From Halocafeteria seosinensis (lineage: Eukaryota), in assembly GCA_001687465.1 (NCBI GenBank), contig LVLI01000143.1:1-64000 (forward strand): a stretch of DNA of 64,000 nucleotides. Direction: 5' to 3'. Positions 1 to 11,929 of the stretch are shown piece by piece. Under the pieces are notes generated by a model that worked only from the letters and a program-made list of their open reading frames with translations, ran no database searches and was not told the origin of the DNA. Position 1 is the stretch's first letter, and every line of letters begins with the position of its first letter. Both the position numbers and the translations under genes were made by a program.

Positions 1-3000
1 CGTTTGGTTGAAATTCCCGAGGATGTTTTCAGAGGAATGTCGAGTCTTGAAACGCTGTGGGTGTTACTAGATATCCTCAGGTCCATAGGCTATAGTCCAG
101 GATACATCATGCATTCGGATGATTGTTCTGTGCAGGGACCTTAGCGGAAACCAGCTGGAGTCTGTCCCACCTAGTACTTTCGATTATGGAAGCTTCGTGG
201 ACATGTGAGTTTATAGTGGGGGATAGATTGAACGTCCAGTGTAGTTTACCACGAGGCATGTTGAGCTACATTGCAGTGATATGAGTTACAACAACCTGTC
301 CACGTTGGAGGCGAATCTGTTTGGTGGCCTGGGAGACCTCCAGCACTTGTGAGTCCTAGTGTAGCAATGTTTCTTGAGTTGATTTCTAACCATTTTTTTC
401 TCTCTGCTCGAAAGAAACCTGAGTATAAATAACATCTCTTCTCTAGATGAAACCATCTTCTCGGATCAATCGAATCTGGTTACGCTGTACGTGCTCGTCG
501 CGGAAACACTGAATAACGTCACTGTAATTATTGTCAAGGCATGATGTCAATTTGTACAATTGGTGAACAGAGACCTGGGACACAACAACCTAGAGCATTT
601 GGACAGTACACTCTTCGATGCCCTGGGTTCATTGGTAAAGCTGTAAGGACATTTCACCCGCAAAGAGCTCATACTGTATGTACCTGTGTTCGATAGTATT
701 TTCTTCTGTCCTCTAGTGCAGCTTTCTCAATGACAATAGCTTGAATAGTGTGCATGAGGACCTGCTAAGTGGTACTGGAAGCCTCGAGCAACTGTAAGTA
801 TTGGTTGCGAAGGCATCTATTTGCGTGGCCCCATCTACACGTGTTGGGCGCATGAGTACACAGAGCCCTGGACACTAATAAGCTTTTTCGGCTACCTGGC
901 TCTTTCTTCGGAAATACTGGTAGTCTAAAGACGCTGTAAGTGTGGTTAAACTTGAGATGTGATAAATATCCCACCGGCAAGGAAGGGGCCTCATTCTCTT
1001 AACTTAATGTTAGCGGGAGTTCGGATATGCTTGGAACATGCAGGACGATCTGTTGTAATAATATCAGTGACATTTCTAACGGGCCTTTTGATCCATTGTC
1101 AAATATCGTTACCATGTAAGTGGTAGAATACAACAGTGAAACGTCACTGCGATACGTTTGTCGGGGAACTTGCAGAGACTTAGAGAATAACGCAATAGTT
1201 GAATTATCGTCTGATCCTTTTAATGGAACTTCTAGTCTAAAAGACTTGTAAGGTCACCGCATGGTTGTTTTCAGTGGACTTGTGTATATCTATACACCGT
1301 GATGTGTTCTTCTCAGAAACTTGGCAAATAATACGATCGCCGAAATGGCAGATAACCTATTCAGTAACGCCCCGCTGACGACCTTGGACCTGAGCCATAA
1401 CGAGCTAGTTTCCCTAAACGAAGCTGTGATGGACAATCTTGGATCGGTCGAGACCCTAGATCTGAGCGTCAATGGGCTAGAGGGGGTGCAATCTGATACA
1501 TTCAATCCTCTGGGTAGCTTAAAGGAGCTCAATTTGAACGGCAACCAAGTTGGAAGTACATTGCCTAAAGATACATTTACCTCCGGGGACAATCCGTCAT
1601 TGGAGACTTTGCGACTTTCTAATAACTCTATCGCTTCGTTGCGGGAAGAATTCTTCGACAATTTGGAGGCCATTGACGCCAGTCTGTCAGTATTCTTGGA
1701 CCAGAATCCAGGAGCAAGTGCACCCTGCCGTCCGGGAACTACTTTGAAGAATCGAAGCGTAATCGAGGACACTAGTTTCTGCATTGGTGTGTCTATCTCT
1801 GCCACACCCACAGTCACTCCCAGTATGACCCCTTCAAATTCGAAAAGTCCCTCTATAACGTCATCAGCAAGTTTGTCTCCGTCGGAGAGTGCTAGCAGCA
1901 GTGCCAGTCCCAGTGAGTCGACAACCGAAACACCAACCGAATCCACGAGTATTACACCATCACCAAGTTCAACTTTCTCCATGAGTTTATCCCCCAGTGA
2001 AAGTTCATCGGTTACTGTCAGTGGAACGCCCACGATTAGCGGGAGTGCTTCTGCAAGTACGTCCACATCGAGCAGTCCTACGTCTTCCCGCCCTCCAAGT
2101 GTGACCGCAACCTCGAGTGCTTCACTTACCCCAACTGCTACTGTTAGTGGAATGTCCACCACTAGTGGAAGTGCTTCTGCAAGTGCATCTAAAACGAATA
2201 GTCCTAGTGGCATTTCAATGAGTGCCTCTTCCGGCCTTCCAAGTGTGACCTCAACCTTGAGCGTTTCGCCAACCCCAACTGCTACTGTTAGTGGATTGTC
2301 CACCACTAGTGGAAGTGCTTCTGCAAGTGCATCTAAAACGAATAGTCCTAGTGGCATTTCAATGAGTGCCTCTTCCGGTCCACCAGGTGTGACCTCATCT
2401 TCGAGTGTTTCACCTACCGCTACGGCTACTGTCAGCGGAACGTCGACCATAAGTGAAACTTCTTTCGCAAGTGCATCTAAAACGAGTAGTCCTAGTGGCA
2501 TTTCAATGAGTGCCTCTTCCGGCCTTCCAAGTGTGACCTCAACCTTGAGCGTTTCGCCAACCCCAACTGCTACTGTCAGTGGAACGCTCACCATTAGCGG
2601 AAGTGCTTCTGCAAGTGCATCTAAAACGAATAGTCCTAGTGGCATTTCAATGAGTGCCTCTTCCGGCCCTCCAAGTGTGACCTCATCTTCGAGTGTTTCA
2701 CCTACCGCTACGGCTACTGTCAGCGGAACGTCGACCATAAGTGAAACTTCTTTCGCAAGTGCATCTAGAACGAATAGTCCTAGTGGCATTTCAATGAGTG
2801 CCTCTTCCGGCCCTCCAAGTGTGACTTCATCCTCGAGTGTTTCACCTACCGCTACGGCTACTGCCAGTGGAACATCGACCATTAGTGGAAGTGGTTCTGC
2901 AACACCTACGCAAACGTCTAGCGTGAGTGGAACGTCCACCATTAGTGGAAGTGCTTCTGCAAGTATGTCTACAACGAGCAGTCCTGGGGACATTTCATCG

Positions 3001-6000
3001 AGTGCCTCTTCGCAGACTCCGAGTATGAGCTCAACGACAACCCGTAGTAGCTTTGTCAGCGCAACCTCTTCCGGTCGCAATAACCAGAGCCCCTCCTCTT
3101 CTGGAAGTATCTCTGAAGGCGCTTCAAGGGCTGCTACGCCATCCGTTTCCCCAAGTGTAACTGCCACCGAGAGTGGCAGTGCGAATCCCACACCAACTGG
3201 CACTGGCACCGTAGCTGTTACAGCGCAGACGCCAAGCGGCTCAGTTTCAGCAACGTGCACGACTATGCCAAGTGCTACTGTATCGTCGACTGGAACGAAC
3301 TCACCGAGTCCTTCGTGGACATCCACATGCATACGAACTCCAACTGTGACTGCTTCGACCACCGCAAGTTCCTCACAAACGCACAGCACCTCAGCCCAAT
3401 CAGCCGTTGCTAGCAACACTCCTAGTAACACAGTTACCAACGTCTCTAGTGGAAGCCATGCTGCAACCGCCAGTGGAAGCCCAACCGTTGCTCAAAGCGA
3501 TATTCCATTGGCTACTACAAGCGTAACGCAAACTACGTCAAGCAACTTCAGCAAGAGTCCCACTCACGCTCGCACAAGCAGCTCTTCTCTGAATCCAAGT
3601 CTGGTGACCGCTACACCGAACTCTACCGAAATGGAGCCACCTTTATTCTCGGCCACGACCACTGTCAGCTTTTCTGCTCCACTAACGTCGTCAGTAACTG
3701 TCAGTCAAAGTGCAACAATCTCGCCTTCGTCGACAATGTCCCCTACGCCTACTCCCAGCAACATAGTTTTTAATGGCACTAAGGCAGTGGTCTCAGGCTG
3801 CGGCGAGTTATACGATAGGGATTGTGTTACAGCAGTTTTTCTTGAAGAATTTGAAACGTCCGTTGTGCTCACTGCAGATGATGTTGGCAATACAAGTGAG
3901 CTTAGCCAACATTCCGAAGTTTCAGCAACGTTTCAAAGTATACAAGGTTCACCGCCGGTTGTTCAACTCACCTGCCGCGAGCAAGTGGAGGATGACGGAA
4001 CTCCCTGGGTCATTTATTCGGGCTGCTCAAGTGACTTCGACTCCACGCAACTAGACCTTCCTCTACCCATGTTTCCGCAACTGAATATTGTGTATAACTC
4101 CTCTTGCACTGGCAGAACCGCAGACATTCTGCTGTGTCGAACATTCAGTGCAATCATTTTCCTCAAGTTTAGCGTTAATGCTTCTGAGTTGATTGAGGCT
4201 CAGCTACCATTGCTACAGTCCCGTTCTAATGATTCCAGGCTACGGGTTCTCGAGGATACAAAACTGTTGCGGTTTCCCCTCAACTTAGACTTAAGCATTG
4301 ATGGAGAGCAGATAGTTACTGTTAAGCAGGATATCCTACTTGATGTCCAAAACGCCCCAGGTACCCATGACAACTTTCCAACAGTAGATCCTCAGTCGGT
4401 TACACTCCATGCAAGTCGAACCGCCAGCTCAATGGACATTATCCGGCAGGACTTCATCATTGCTTTAGAGAAGGGAAGTGAATGGGAGTGGAGAGCTTCG
4501 CAGGACGTATTGGACTATATTAGCCTACCACCAGGAGGTGTTACCTCCTTCACTGGCTCATTCGAACAGCCTGTATACTTATTCACCGCTAGAGCACCTG
4601 GCGGTGAAGTATCGAGGACCATAGTACTGCTTGTCCACCCGCCAGATGATTCCTCCGCCACGTCTCTTTCCGTGATCTTCTCGCTTACAATAGAGCAAGC
4701 GGACGTCTCGATTTTATCGGATACTCTTTTTACTAGTTTAAGTACTAGCGAATCTCCTTTGGCTCGATCCGTGCTTCTGTCGAATGAAGGCACGCATCCC
4801 TCTCAATGGGCGGCATCAATACTGCTTCCGAACGGAACGAAGCCAAGACGTTCGCCATTTTGGGCGACCCTACAGCAGTCTACGGGTACAGTCGACGAGT
4901 CGGGGTCTACTGAAGAAATAACAGTAGTGTTTGACCCTGGAGCAGTCGAGGAAACAGGGCGTAGAAATGCATGGCTTGTTGTTGAAACGGACGCGTGGAC
5001 GGGTTCTCCTTCATCTCCAATCTTTTTTGCTGCTCTTACGAAAGAAATATCTCAATTAAACGGCACTCGATTTGCAGTAAGCTTAGAGTTCCTAGTGACT
5101 TCGGTTTTTCTCTGTAACCCTCCAACGAGAAGTACGAGGCCGACTGAGATATCAGTTTTCTCTTTCAGTGTCGTCAATACGGAACTCCAAGCAATCCTCG
5201 TGATCCCCAGAAGCTTTTTCCTGGAATGGCCGGTCCAAAATGCATCCCTTGTGCCAGCATACGCCTACCGAGAGTTGCAACTAACGTCATGGTTGCATGT
5301 TTCGCCGGCATTCCTAACTATTCAGCCGGGGATCTCCAAGTCGTTTCGTTTCGTAGCGTCCTACAAACGCGCGAACTTTGACATTGGATCTAGGCAAATC
5401 GATTGTCCTTGTGATTTCAACTTATCGTTCGATTTGGCTGTGTTTTTTGCTGCTGATGTTGGTTCTGCATTGCCGAGAATGCCAACTGACGTTCGCTCTG
5501 CTAGATTGCCCATATCCTTCGTTGCAGGGAAAGCGACACCCCTGAACTCGCTGATTCACGTGTCGAATGCTAGCGCTACCATCGGGAAACGGCTTACAGT
5601 TAAGGTTATACTACGCGACGTGTTTAGCAACAGTAATGCGACAGGAACGTTTGTCAAGGATGGGGCAAGCAAGAGCTATCCTGAGCCCCCAGTAACTGTT
5701 TCAAGCAGGTCGCGCACACCTGGGGCTCCGATACCAGCAAGCGTAACCTTTGGAACCCGAATGGCTCCTGGAACAGTTACTAGAGGGTTTGACTTGCTTG
5801 TTACTGCCACTGCCGTTGGAGAGTTGTCGATCGATATTCAGGTTGATGGAAGGTCAATTAAGAATTCTCCTCTCAACATAAGCACTGTCCCTGTAACTTG
5901 CGAGGATGCCAATCAAGTTCCAGGAGAACGAGGGCTACAGTGCTTGTGTAAAGCCGGTTTCCATCGTAGGAAACAAGGAAGAGAAAAATGTGCTCTATGC

Positions 6001-7740
6001 AGTGAAGGACGATTCTCTCCTCGGCCCACCAATTCGGAAAATTGCGATCCTTGTCCCGCTGGGCGCTTCTCAGAACCAGGTAGTACTCAGTGCTATCCGT
6101 GTCCTCAACGAGGAGTAGACTGCTTCCAGGGAAAGCTTCGACTGCTAAGTGGCTTTTGGTGCGAGTTGTGCTCGCCTGCGTTTCAGAGCGGCGAGCGGCA
6201 TTCTACTCCCCGGGAGGTTATTGTAGAAAAGCTAAAGAATGGAGAAGAGGTAATTTTTCATGAATGTCAGGATGAATCTGCATGCGTTGTCAACTCGACC
6301 TCATTCTCTTCGGAATGTGCACGAGGCTACGAGGGCCCTGTTTGCGATGCGTGCGAGTCAACGCATGTCAAAGTCCAATCCAAAAACATTTGTGCTGATT
6401 GCGGAGATAATGCTGCTGCTGACATTGCGTGGACGACAGTTGGTATTTCGATTATTTTTGTGGCTGTGACAACAGTAGCACATCAGCACTCAGAACGCTC
6501 TCATGACTATGCGGAAACAGACACGGAAACGGAAAAAAGCGAGATCGGACTGCGAATATCGTCGTCGGAGGATTATGAACACAAATCGACTGCCGACGAA
6601 AGCTTGGAATGGTCAAAAAGTATAAACGAATTAATAGTTATGCTGACAGACTACTTCCAAATGCTTGCAATACTAGGATCTTTGAAGATTTCCCCTTTTA
6701 CGCAAGGATCTTCATCAGGCTTCGTTTCCCAAGTTTCTAACCTAGCGTTACTCAACCCTTCTCAGTCTTCCCCATTTCGCTGCGTCACTGGATTTGGGAT
6801 CTTTGCAGGCACACTGGTATCGATGTTGTTTCCCTTTGGCTTGAGTATCTTGATACTGGGAATCCAAATGTTTGTTGATCGATGCACAATCGGTAGAGTT
6901 GGCTGTTCGACCCATTTGAGGAATGCCTTTCCTACTCTGGTCATCTTCTTGGAGTTGATGCATGCTTCTGTCACGAGCGCTGCCGTCGCTTCATTGCGAG
7001 AATATCGTTTCGAGATTGCTTCTACCAGCAGGATGTATATCTCTTTGGATATTGAAACTGGAAGCACAGCATACCTCGCCTTGCGGGCGGTGGCAGGAGT
7101 TGTTTTGGCGTTGTATGTATTTGGGCTTCCGTTATTCTCGTCAATCTATTTGTGGACGCAATTTCGTAACGTCAAAACTGATGAGGAAGCAAATCGCATC
7201 TATATGCATTACGAAAGTGTCATCGGAGGGTTTAATGTTGTAAGAGGAGGATACGCGTGGCCAGCTGTGGAAATTATCCGCAAAGTATTACTCATCTTGG
7301 TTGGAATTTACACGCAAGATGCTATGCAAGAGCTGGCGTTTACAACCAGCGTCTTGCTGGCTAGCTACATGATTGTAGTATATGCGAGACCGTATCGAAT
7401 ACGGTGTCTTAACAGCGTTGAGATGGTCAAGACTTTCTTCGCAGGGGCCACTGTAGGTCTGGGTGCCTTACGTTTCGGTATCCAAGAGACGGTCCACATT
7501 GGAGCTGGTCAAGATACTCTCAAAACAATTGAAGTAGTGATTATCATTATTCAAGTCCTTATGATAATTTGTGCAATTGTAGCAGCGGCCGCAATTATTC
7601 CTCACGCGTTTCGGGAAGCGAAGAACAAAGTAGGAGACATTTGTATGCGCATTAAGAACGCGTGCAGGTGGAGTAGAAGGTCGAAAGAGGTACTCCCTGT
7701 CGATTCCAAGCATAGCGAACGCGGGGTTCAACTCCCATAA
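1..7740 (+). CDS. Large surface receptor-like protein, 5' end outside the window: LRR array, Ser/Thr mucin-like stalk, Ig/filamin-like region, Cys-rich (GCC2/ephrin-receptor-like) repeats and a multi-pass TM domain
   Basis: Hand-spliced exons <1-56, 136-204, 277-348, 415-486, 571-642, 722-793, 864-935, 1044-1115, 1176-1247 and 1317-7740. All introns are GT..AG, and the exons join in frame with ORF 1321-7740. LRR consensus LxLxxNxLxxLxxxxF is present. A filamin-like motif 'GELSIDIQVDGRSIKNSPLNI' lies near 5820-5880, Cys repeats 'CDPCPAGRFSEPGSTQCYPCP' at ~5900-6410, and several hydrophobic helices at ~6430-7600. Confidence 0.9.
2095..2900 (+). repeat. Coding tandem repeat, 144-bp (48-aa) unit, about 5.5 copies, in the Ser/Thr stalk
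   Basis: The anchor GCAAGTGCATCTA recurs at 2179, 2323, 2467, 2611 and 2755. Units alternate between two variants ('GLPSVTSTLSVSPTPT' and 'GPPxVTSSSSVSPTAT'). Confidence 0.95.
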
Positions 7741-9538
7741 CAAACTTATGGAGTGTGAATACCTGCGATCTGCTGTCCACACACATTTCTGCTGTCCGAA
7801 ACTGCCGCATGTAGGTCTACCCAATACCCAAGTGTTTAGACCTGAGTTTATCCAAGTAGTGTTGCGGGAAAATGCCGGACAAACAATACACTATACCGAA
7901 CGGGCACTGTACCACATGCCAACTTTGGCTGATCGCTATGCGAGGGCAGACCAAAGTATGTGTTTCCGCAGCGTTGCAAGCCTGCTGAGAGAAGCCTTGA
8001 CGACCTCAAACGTGTTGTGAAAACTACCTCGTGAATGAGGCATCTAGAGTCTCGACAAACCCATTCCTGCTGCGTAGTATGAATGCCATGAAAGCCAGTC
8101 ATTTAGTACATGGATGTATATTGATGTCTTATGGCTCTTATGCCTAGCAACCACCATACAAAACTGGAGATATTCTGCGTAAGACAGTACGCCCGGGAAA
8201 TGTGGAAGGCAAGATGACTGGTCAAATCGTTGTCTCCTAATAAAGCCGAGGGACCGATGAGGTTGTCCATTCAATTCGTCTCCAAACCGACATTTTATTA
8301 CTGGAGCAAATTCCAAGAGTGTAACACAAAAAAAGATAGAATTTATTCTATGGGCTCTGTTTCTATGCAGTATTCTATTGTTGGCCTGGGTNTCGTTATT
8401 GCAGGTACCCGCCGGTACTACCCGGTTAGTATCATTGTGGTTTCCTCTTGCTGTGAGTTTGGTGAGTTAAGTGGCCAGTTTCATCCGGGAATTCTGTAAC
8501 TTTGAATCCTCTAAATCCTGGTCATTTTTCATACAATCGTTGTTGGTCCATTCGACAATCATATCCTGCGAAAAACACCCCCTGCTCGTGCGCATGTGCT
8601 CGTGCGCACATGTGCAATCGTGAAGTATCATTCGTGCGCACTACAACCCTCGATATTTGTGCGAATGAGCTCACGCTGCGTCGCGCGCTGAAACAACAGA
8701 AACAAATCATGAACTGTGGTGTACAATCTTCAACTCTTTGACTTGCCCACACTCAGCCACGGCCAAATAGCAATTATCGACCGTCTGCACCACACGCTCT
8801 AGTTCACAGTTCACGATCCGGTGAATCACGGACCTCGAATCATTCGAATCATTCGACCCAGCAGTCGGACCCAGTTTTGATTGTCGTTTCATGGGATTTC
8901 TTTGCCTTTGACTTTATCGCTGGAAATCTCTTGAGAATTGACGAAGAAGAAGGAGTTCTGCTGTCTTTGCACACTTATACCAGCTGCAACACAGCTGCAC
9001 CTGTTGACGTGTCTGGTTTTGGACGTGGTTAACAAAGGGCATGGAAACGTGTGGAGTTACAACCCTGAACTGAGTACGGCGCAAGAATGACCATGAAACA
9101 AGAGCAGAGGAAGTTTCTAAAGTGTTGGATAACGAGCAAACCGGGAAGAATACAGATGTCTAAAAGCGGGGTCAAAGTTTCCCATGTCCGTGATACAGCT
9201 GTCTGGCTTCTGCTGCAGGTAGCAGTGGTCGGGTTGCTTTCAGTCAACAACGTCGAAGCAACGAAAGCAGCTTGTGCCGACCAATGTGTAACAACAACTG
9301 GCGCGAGAATAATTGTACAAGGCTCAATGCCTTGGCATTGTGCCCTTGATGACCATACATGCAAGGAAGGACGTGGTGGGGAATTCGCCAACAAACGCGA
9401 GTCCACACCGTGTGGTTCCATTCCCGGCCCCACGAAGGACAAAGTCAAAGGGTAGGTGAACTTTTTTGCCGTTAATACGAGCGTCCATACAATGCTCATG
9501 TCCCCAATCTGTCCGATGCTAATTGATTTGCAGTGTGA

Positions 9539-11929
9539 GTGTGGCAGGAGCACGAGTTTGGCCTGCATCCATTTGAACTTTGCCTAGGAAGACAACAGAC
9601 ATTCTGTGACCGCATGTCGTGCGAGCCTTGCAGGGCAAGGTCGAATTACAACAGCGACTTATTCGAGGTTTGGATTAGCGTCCAAGTAGCCCCGCAGTTT
9701 GTGTCGATTATGACTGATGTGCTCTGCATGCACCAAATACCTCATTCATGCTACAGTCACCAGCTCAGTCAAGTCCGCGACGGCGTGGAAGCAGCCTCAG
9801 CAGAACGCCTACCTGACTCGATGTTAGGTTTTACTGGGGTACAACCAGTACAGTTTGTACGTCTAAAGCTTTCAATTGATCGTCATGGTCTGATTGTGAG
9901 TGTGGACAGTTCGCGTGCTGCATCTGTTCTGACGCTGGTTGTGTGTAACTTCCATTGTTTGTTAGGGCAGCAACGATACAATTGCAAAGGGGGATGCCCG
10001 ACAAGGGATAAACCAACTGATAGCGAACATTGGCCACTACTAACTATACTATATCAACATCACGAAGTTCTACTGGTAGAAATGCCTACCACTGGTACTA
10101 AAATCTCCGAGACACGATATGCAGCGTTGAGCGGGACTCCCAAAACGGTATTGATAGCAGCCAGTTTCCAGGCTGTCCCCGAGGCGTCTAGCAAATGGTC
10201 AATTGGCTATCCGGATGAGCGTGTTCAATCATACAGAGGGGCTTCTCTTCTGCTTATACTGTTCTTAATGTTTGTTGCAGCACAGCTCGTTCGGGTTCTT
10301 ACCATGATGAGAAGAGGGAGATACTACTGCCAGTCATCGTCAGAGAACGACCTGCAACTAAATGGACGAAGAACTGCACCGTGGAAATGGGAGGTTTTGG
10401 AAGAGATTAATAGCTTATCGCTGGGCAGCAGGAAGGTGGGACGACACCAAATTTACTTGCATTCCTTAGCGAGTGTCATGCGAATCCTGCTGTGTCTTAG
10501 CTCTATGTGGGCTTTGATATGGAACGGTGTCTGCGCGAATGACTTGCGAGAGAGTATCCGTTCTGGAAACGAACCTTGCCTCCAGTATATGCTCGATAAG
10601 AAGCTCTTCCGCATGAATTGTAGTGTTCTCAACTGGAAGAGCCATGGTTACGATGGTCTTACTCACATTTGTCTGGATGTAAAGGAAACATTTGATGGTC
10701 AAGGAAATACCATTGACTTAAGGGACCTTACGGAAGAGTTCCATGGATTAGTTAAGGTTATTGATGATGGTAATAAAATTGAATCCTTGGGTGAAGCTCC
10801 CTTAATTCGGAATGTTCATATCAAGAATGGGAACACTGCAAAGGAGGGTGGGTTCATTGTTCCAAAAAAGCAAAAATTCTTTGTCGTAGATTCATGTAGC
10901 TCCACAGGAGAAATCACTAATGATTACGCTGGTGGTATATGTGGCTATCAGGTCGGGAGAGACGGAGGACACATTATAATATCGAATTCGCACTCTACGG
11001 GGAGAATACAGGATAAATCCGCAGGTGGTATCACAGGAGGATTTGTAGGAAATGATAATGGGACTGTCAATATAGCCCAATGTTATTCCACTGGGACGAT
11101 TGAAGGACTGATGGCAGGTGGTATCTGTGGGGGCGCTGCAGGCCATACTCATGGTCATGTGTACATCTCACGATCATTTTCCACAGGAACTATTTATGGT
11201 GTTAGAAGTGGTGGTATTACTGGAGATGGTGCAGCCTATAATGATGGTGAAGTTCACATCAAAGATTGCTATACACGCGGAGATATTAAGGCTGATAGAG
11301 CAGCAGGAGGAATTACAGGGGCAAACACAGGGGGATATGATATGGCGAATGTATCCATAACGAAGACGTATGCGTCTGGTGCTGTCCATGGTCCAAATAA
11401 TGGTGGAATCATTGGGCGTATATCAAATGCCATCAGTGTTGTGGCTGTTGTCAAGGTGCAATATTCGGTGTATAATGGCTCGAATGGGGAGGCTATGGTA
11501 GGAGAGGACATCTCTCCAGATGGTGTATTAAAGACGACCGGTAACTCAGACACTTTGGATGATATAAGAGGTCAACTGTATCATGATGAAGGTGTTCAGC
11601 AGTGGGATAATGAAACCTGGGTTCTCAATGGGACTGAAACTTTACCCATTTTGCGCTTTCAATTGATGTCATCAGTTCCAGCAGTTCCAAGCCCTTCAAT
11701 GACACCCACAACGACTCCTAGTACCTCCGGGACCTCAACAGCCTCAGAAACCCCTTCTCCGTCTTACACAAGAGCTCCCACGAGCACGAAGAGTTTGACA
11801 CCGACGGTCACGCCTTCGGAATCGCCGCATGTGTTGGCAACAAAGCGAACACTACCTGCACAACGACCCGGCAGGCTCTCAAAGAAAGTCCTTGCCGCTT
11901 ACGGGAAGAACTCAAAACGCCAGGGATGA
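9539..11929 (+). CDS. GLUG-like Gly-rich repeat protein with Ser/Thr/Pro tail, paralog 1 (true start uncertain)
   Basis: Repeats of the type 'GGICG..AG..xGxVxIxxCYSTGxI'. A signal-like segment MRILLCLSSMWALIWNGVCA (ATG 10478) precedes the 'DLR' core. The motifs 'LPILRFQL' and 'LPAQRP' are shared with the paralogs. ORF 9087-9455 may be an upstream exon, but I could not join it in frame. Confidence 0.8.
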   Translation: MWQEHEFGLHPFELCLGRQQTFCDRMSCEPCRARSNYNSDLFEVWISVQVAPQFVSIMTDVLCMHQIPHSCYSHQLSQVRDGVEAASAERLPDSMLGFTGVQPVQFVRLKLSIDRHGLIVSVDSSRAASVLTLVVCNFHCLLGQQRYNCKGGCPTRDKPTDSEHWPLLTILYQHHEVLLVEMPTTGTKISETRYAALSGTPKTVLIAASFQAVPEASSKWSIGYPDERVQSYRGASLLLILFLMFVAAQLVRVLTMMRRGRYYCQSSSENDLQLNGRRTAPWKWEVLEEINSLSLGSRKVGRHQIYLHSLASVMRILLCLSSMWALIWNGVCANDLRESIRSGNEPCLQYMLDKKLFRMNCSVLNWKSHGYDGLTHICLDVKETFDGQGNTIDLRDLTEEFHGLVKVIDDGNKIESLGEAPLIRNVHIKNGNTAKEGGFIVPKKQKFFVVDSCSSTGEITNDYAGGICGYQVGRDGGHIIISNSHSTGRIQDKSAGGITGGFVGNDNGTVNIAQCYSTGTIEGLMAGGICGGAAGHTHGHVYISRSFSTGTIYGVRSGGITGDGAAYNDGEVHIKDCYTRGDIKADRAAGGITGANTGGYDMANVSITKTYASGAVHGPNNGGIIGRISNAISVVAVVKVQYSVYNGSNGEAMVGEDISPDGVLKTTGNSDTLDDIRGQLYHDEGVQQWDNETWVLNGTETLPILRFQLMSSVPAVPSPSMTPTTTPSTSGTSTASETPSPSYTRAPTSTKSLTPTVTPSESPHVLATKRTLPAQRPGRLSKKVLAAYGKNSKRQG

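Noticed and set aside
1290..3440. 716-aa antisense ORF
   Set aside because: It mirrors the Ser/Thr repeat region of the + strand gene; the Val/Leu/Glu-rich translation is the expected antisense by-product.
9087..9455. Signal-peptide-bearing ORF as exon 1 of GLUG-like paralog 1
   Set aside because: Plausible by analogy with paralog 2, but the obvious donor (9452) and acceptor (9533) do not give the frame of ORF 9539. Left unresolved.
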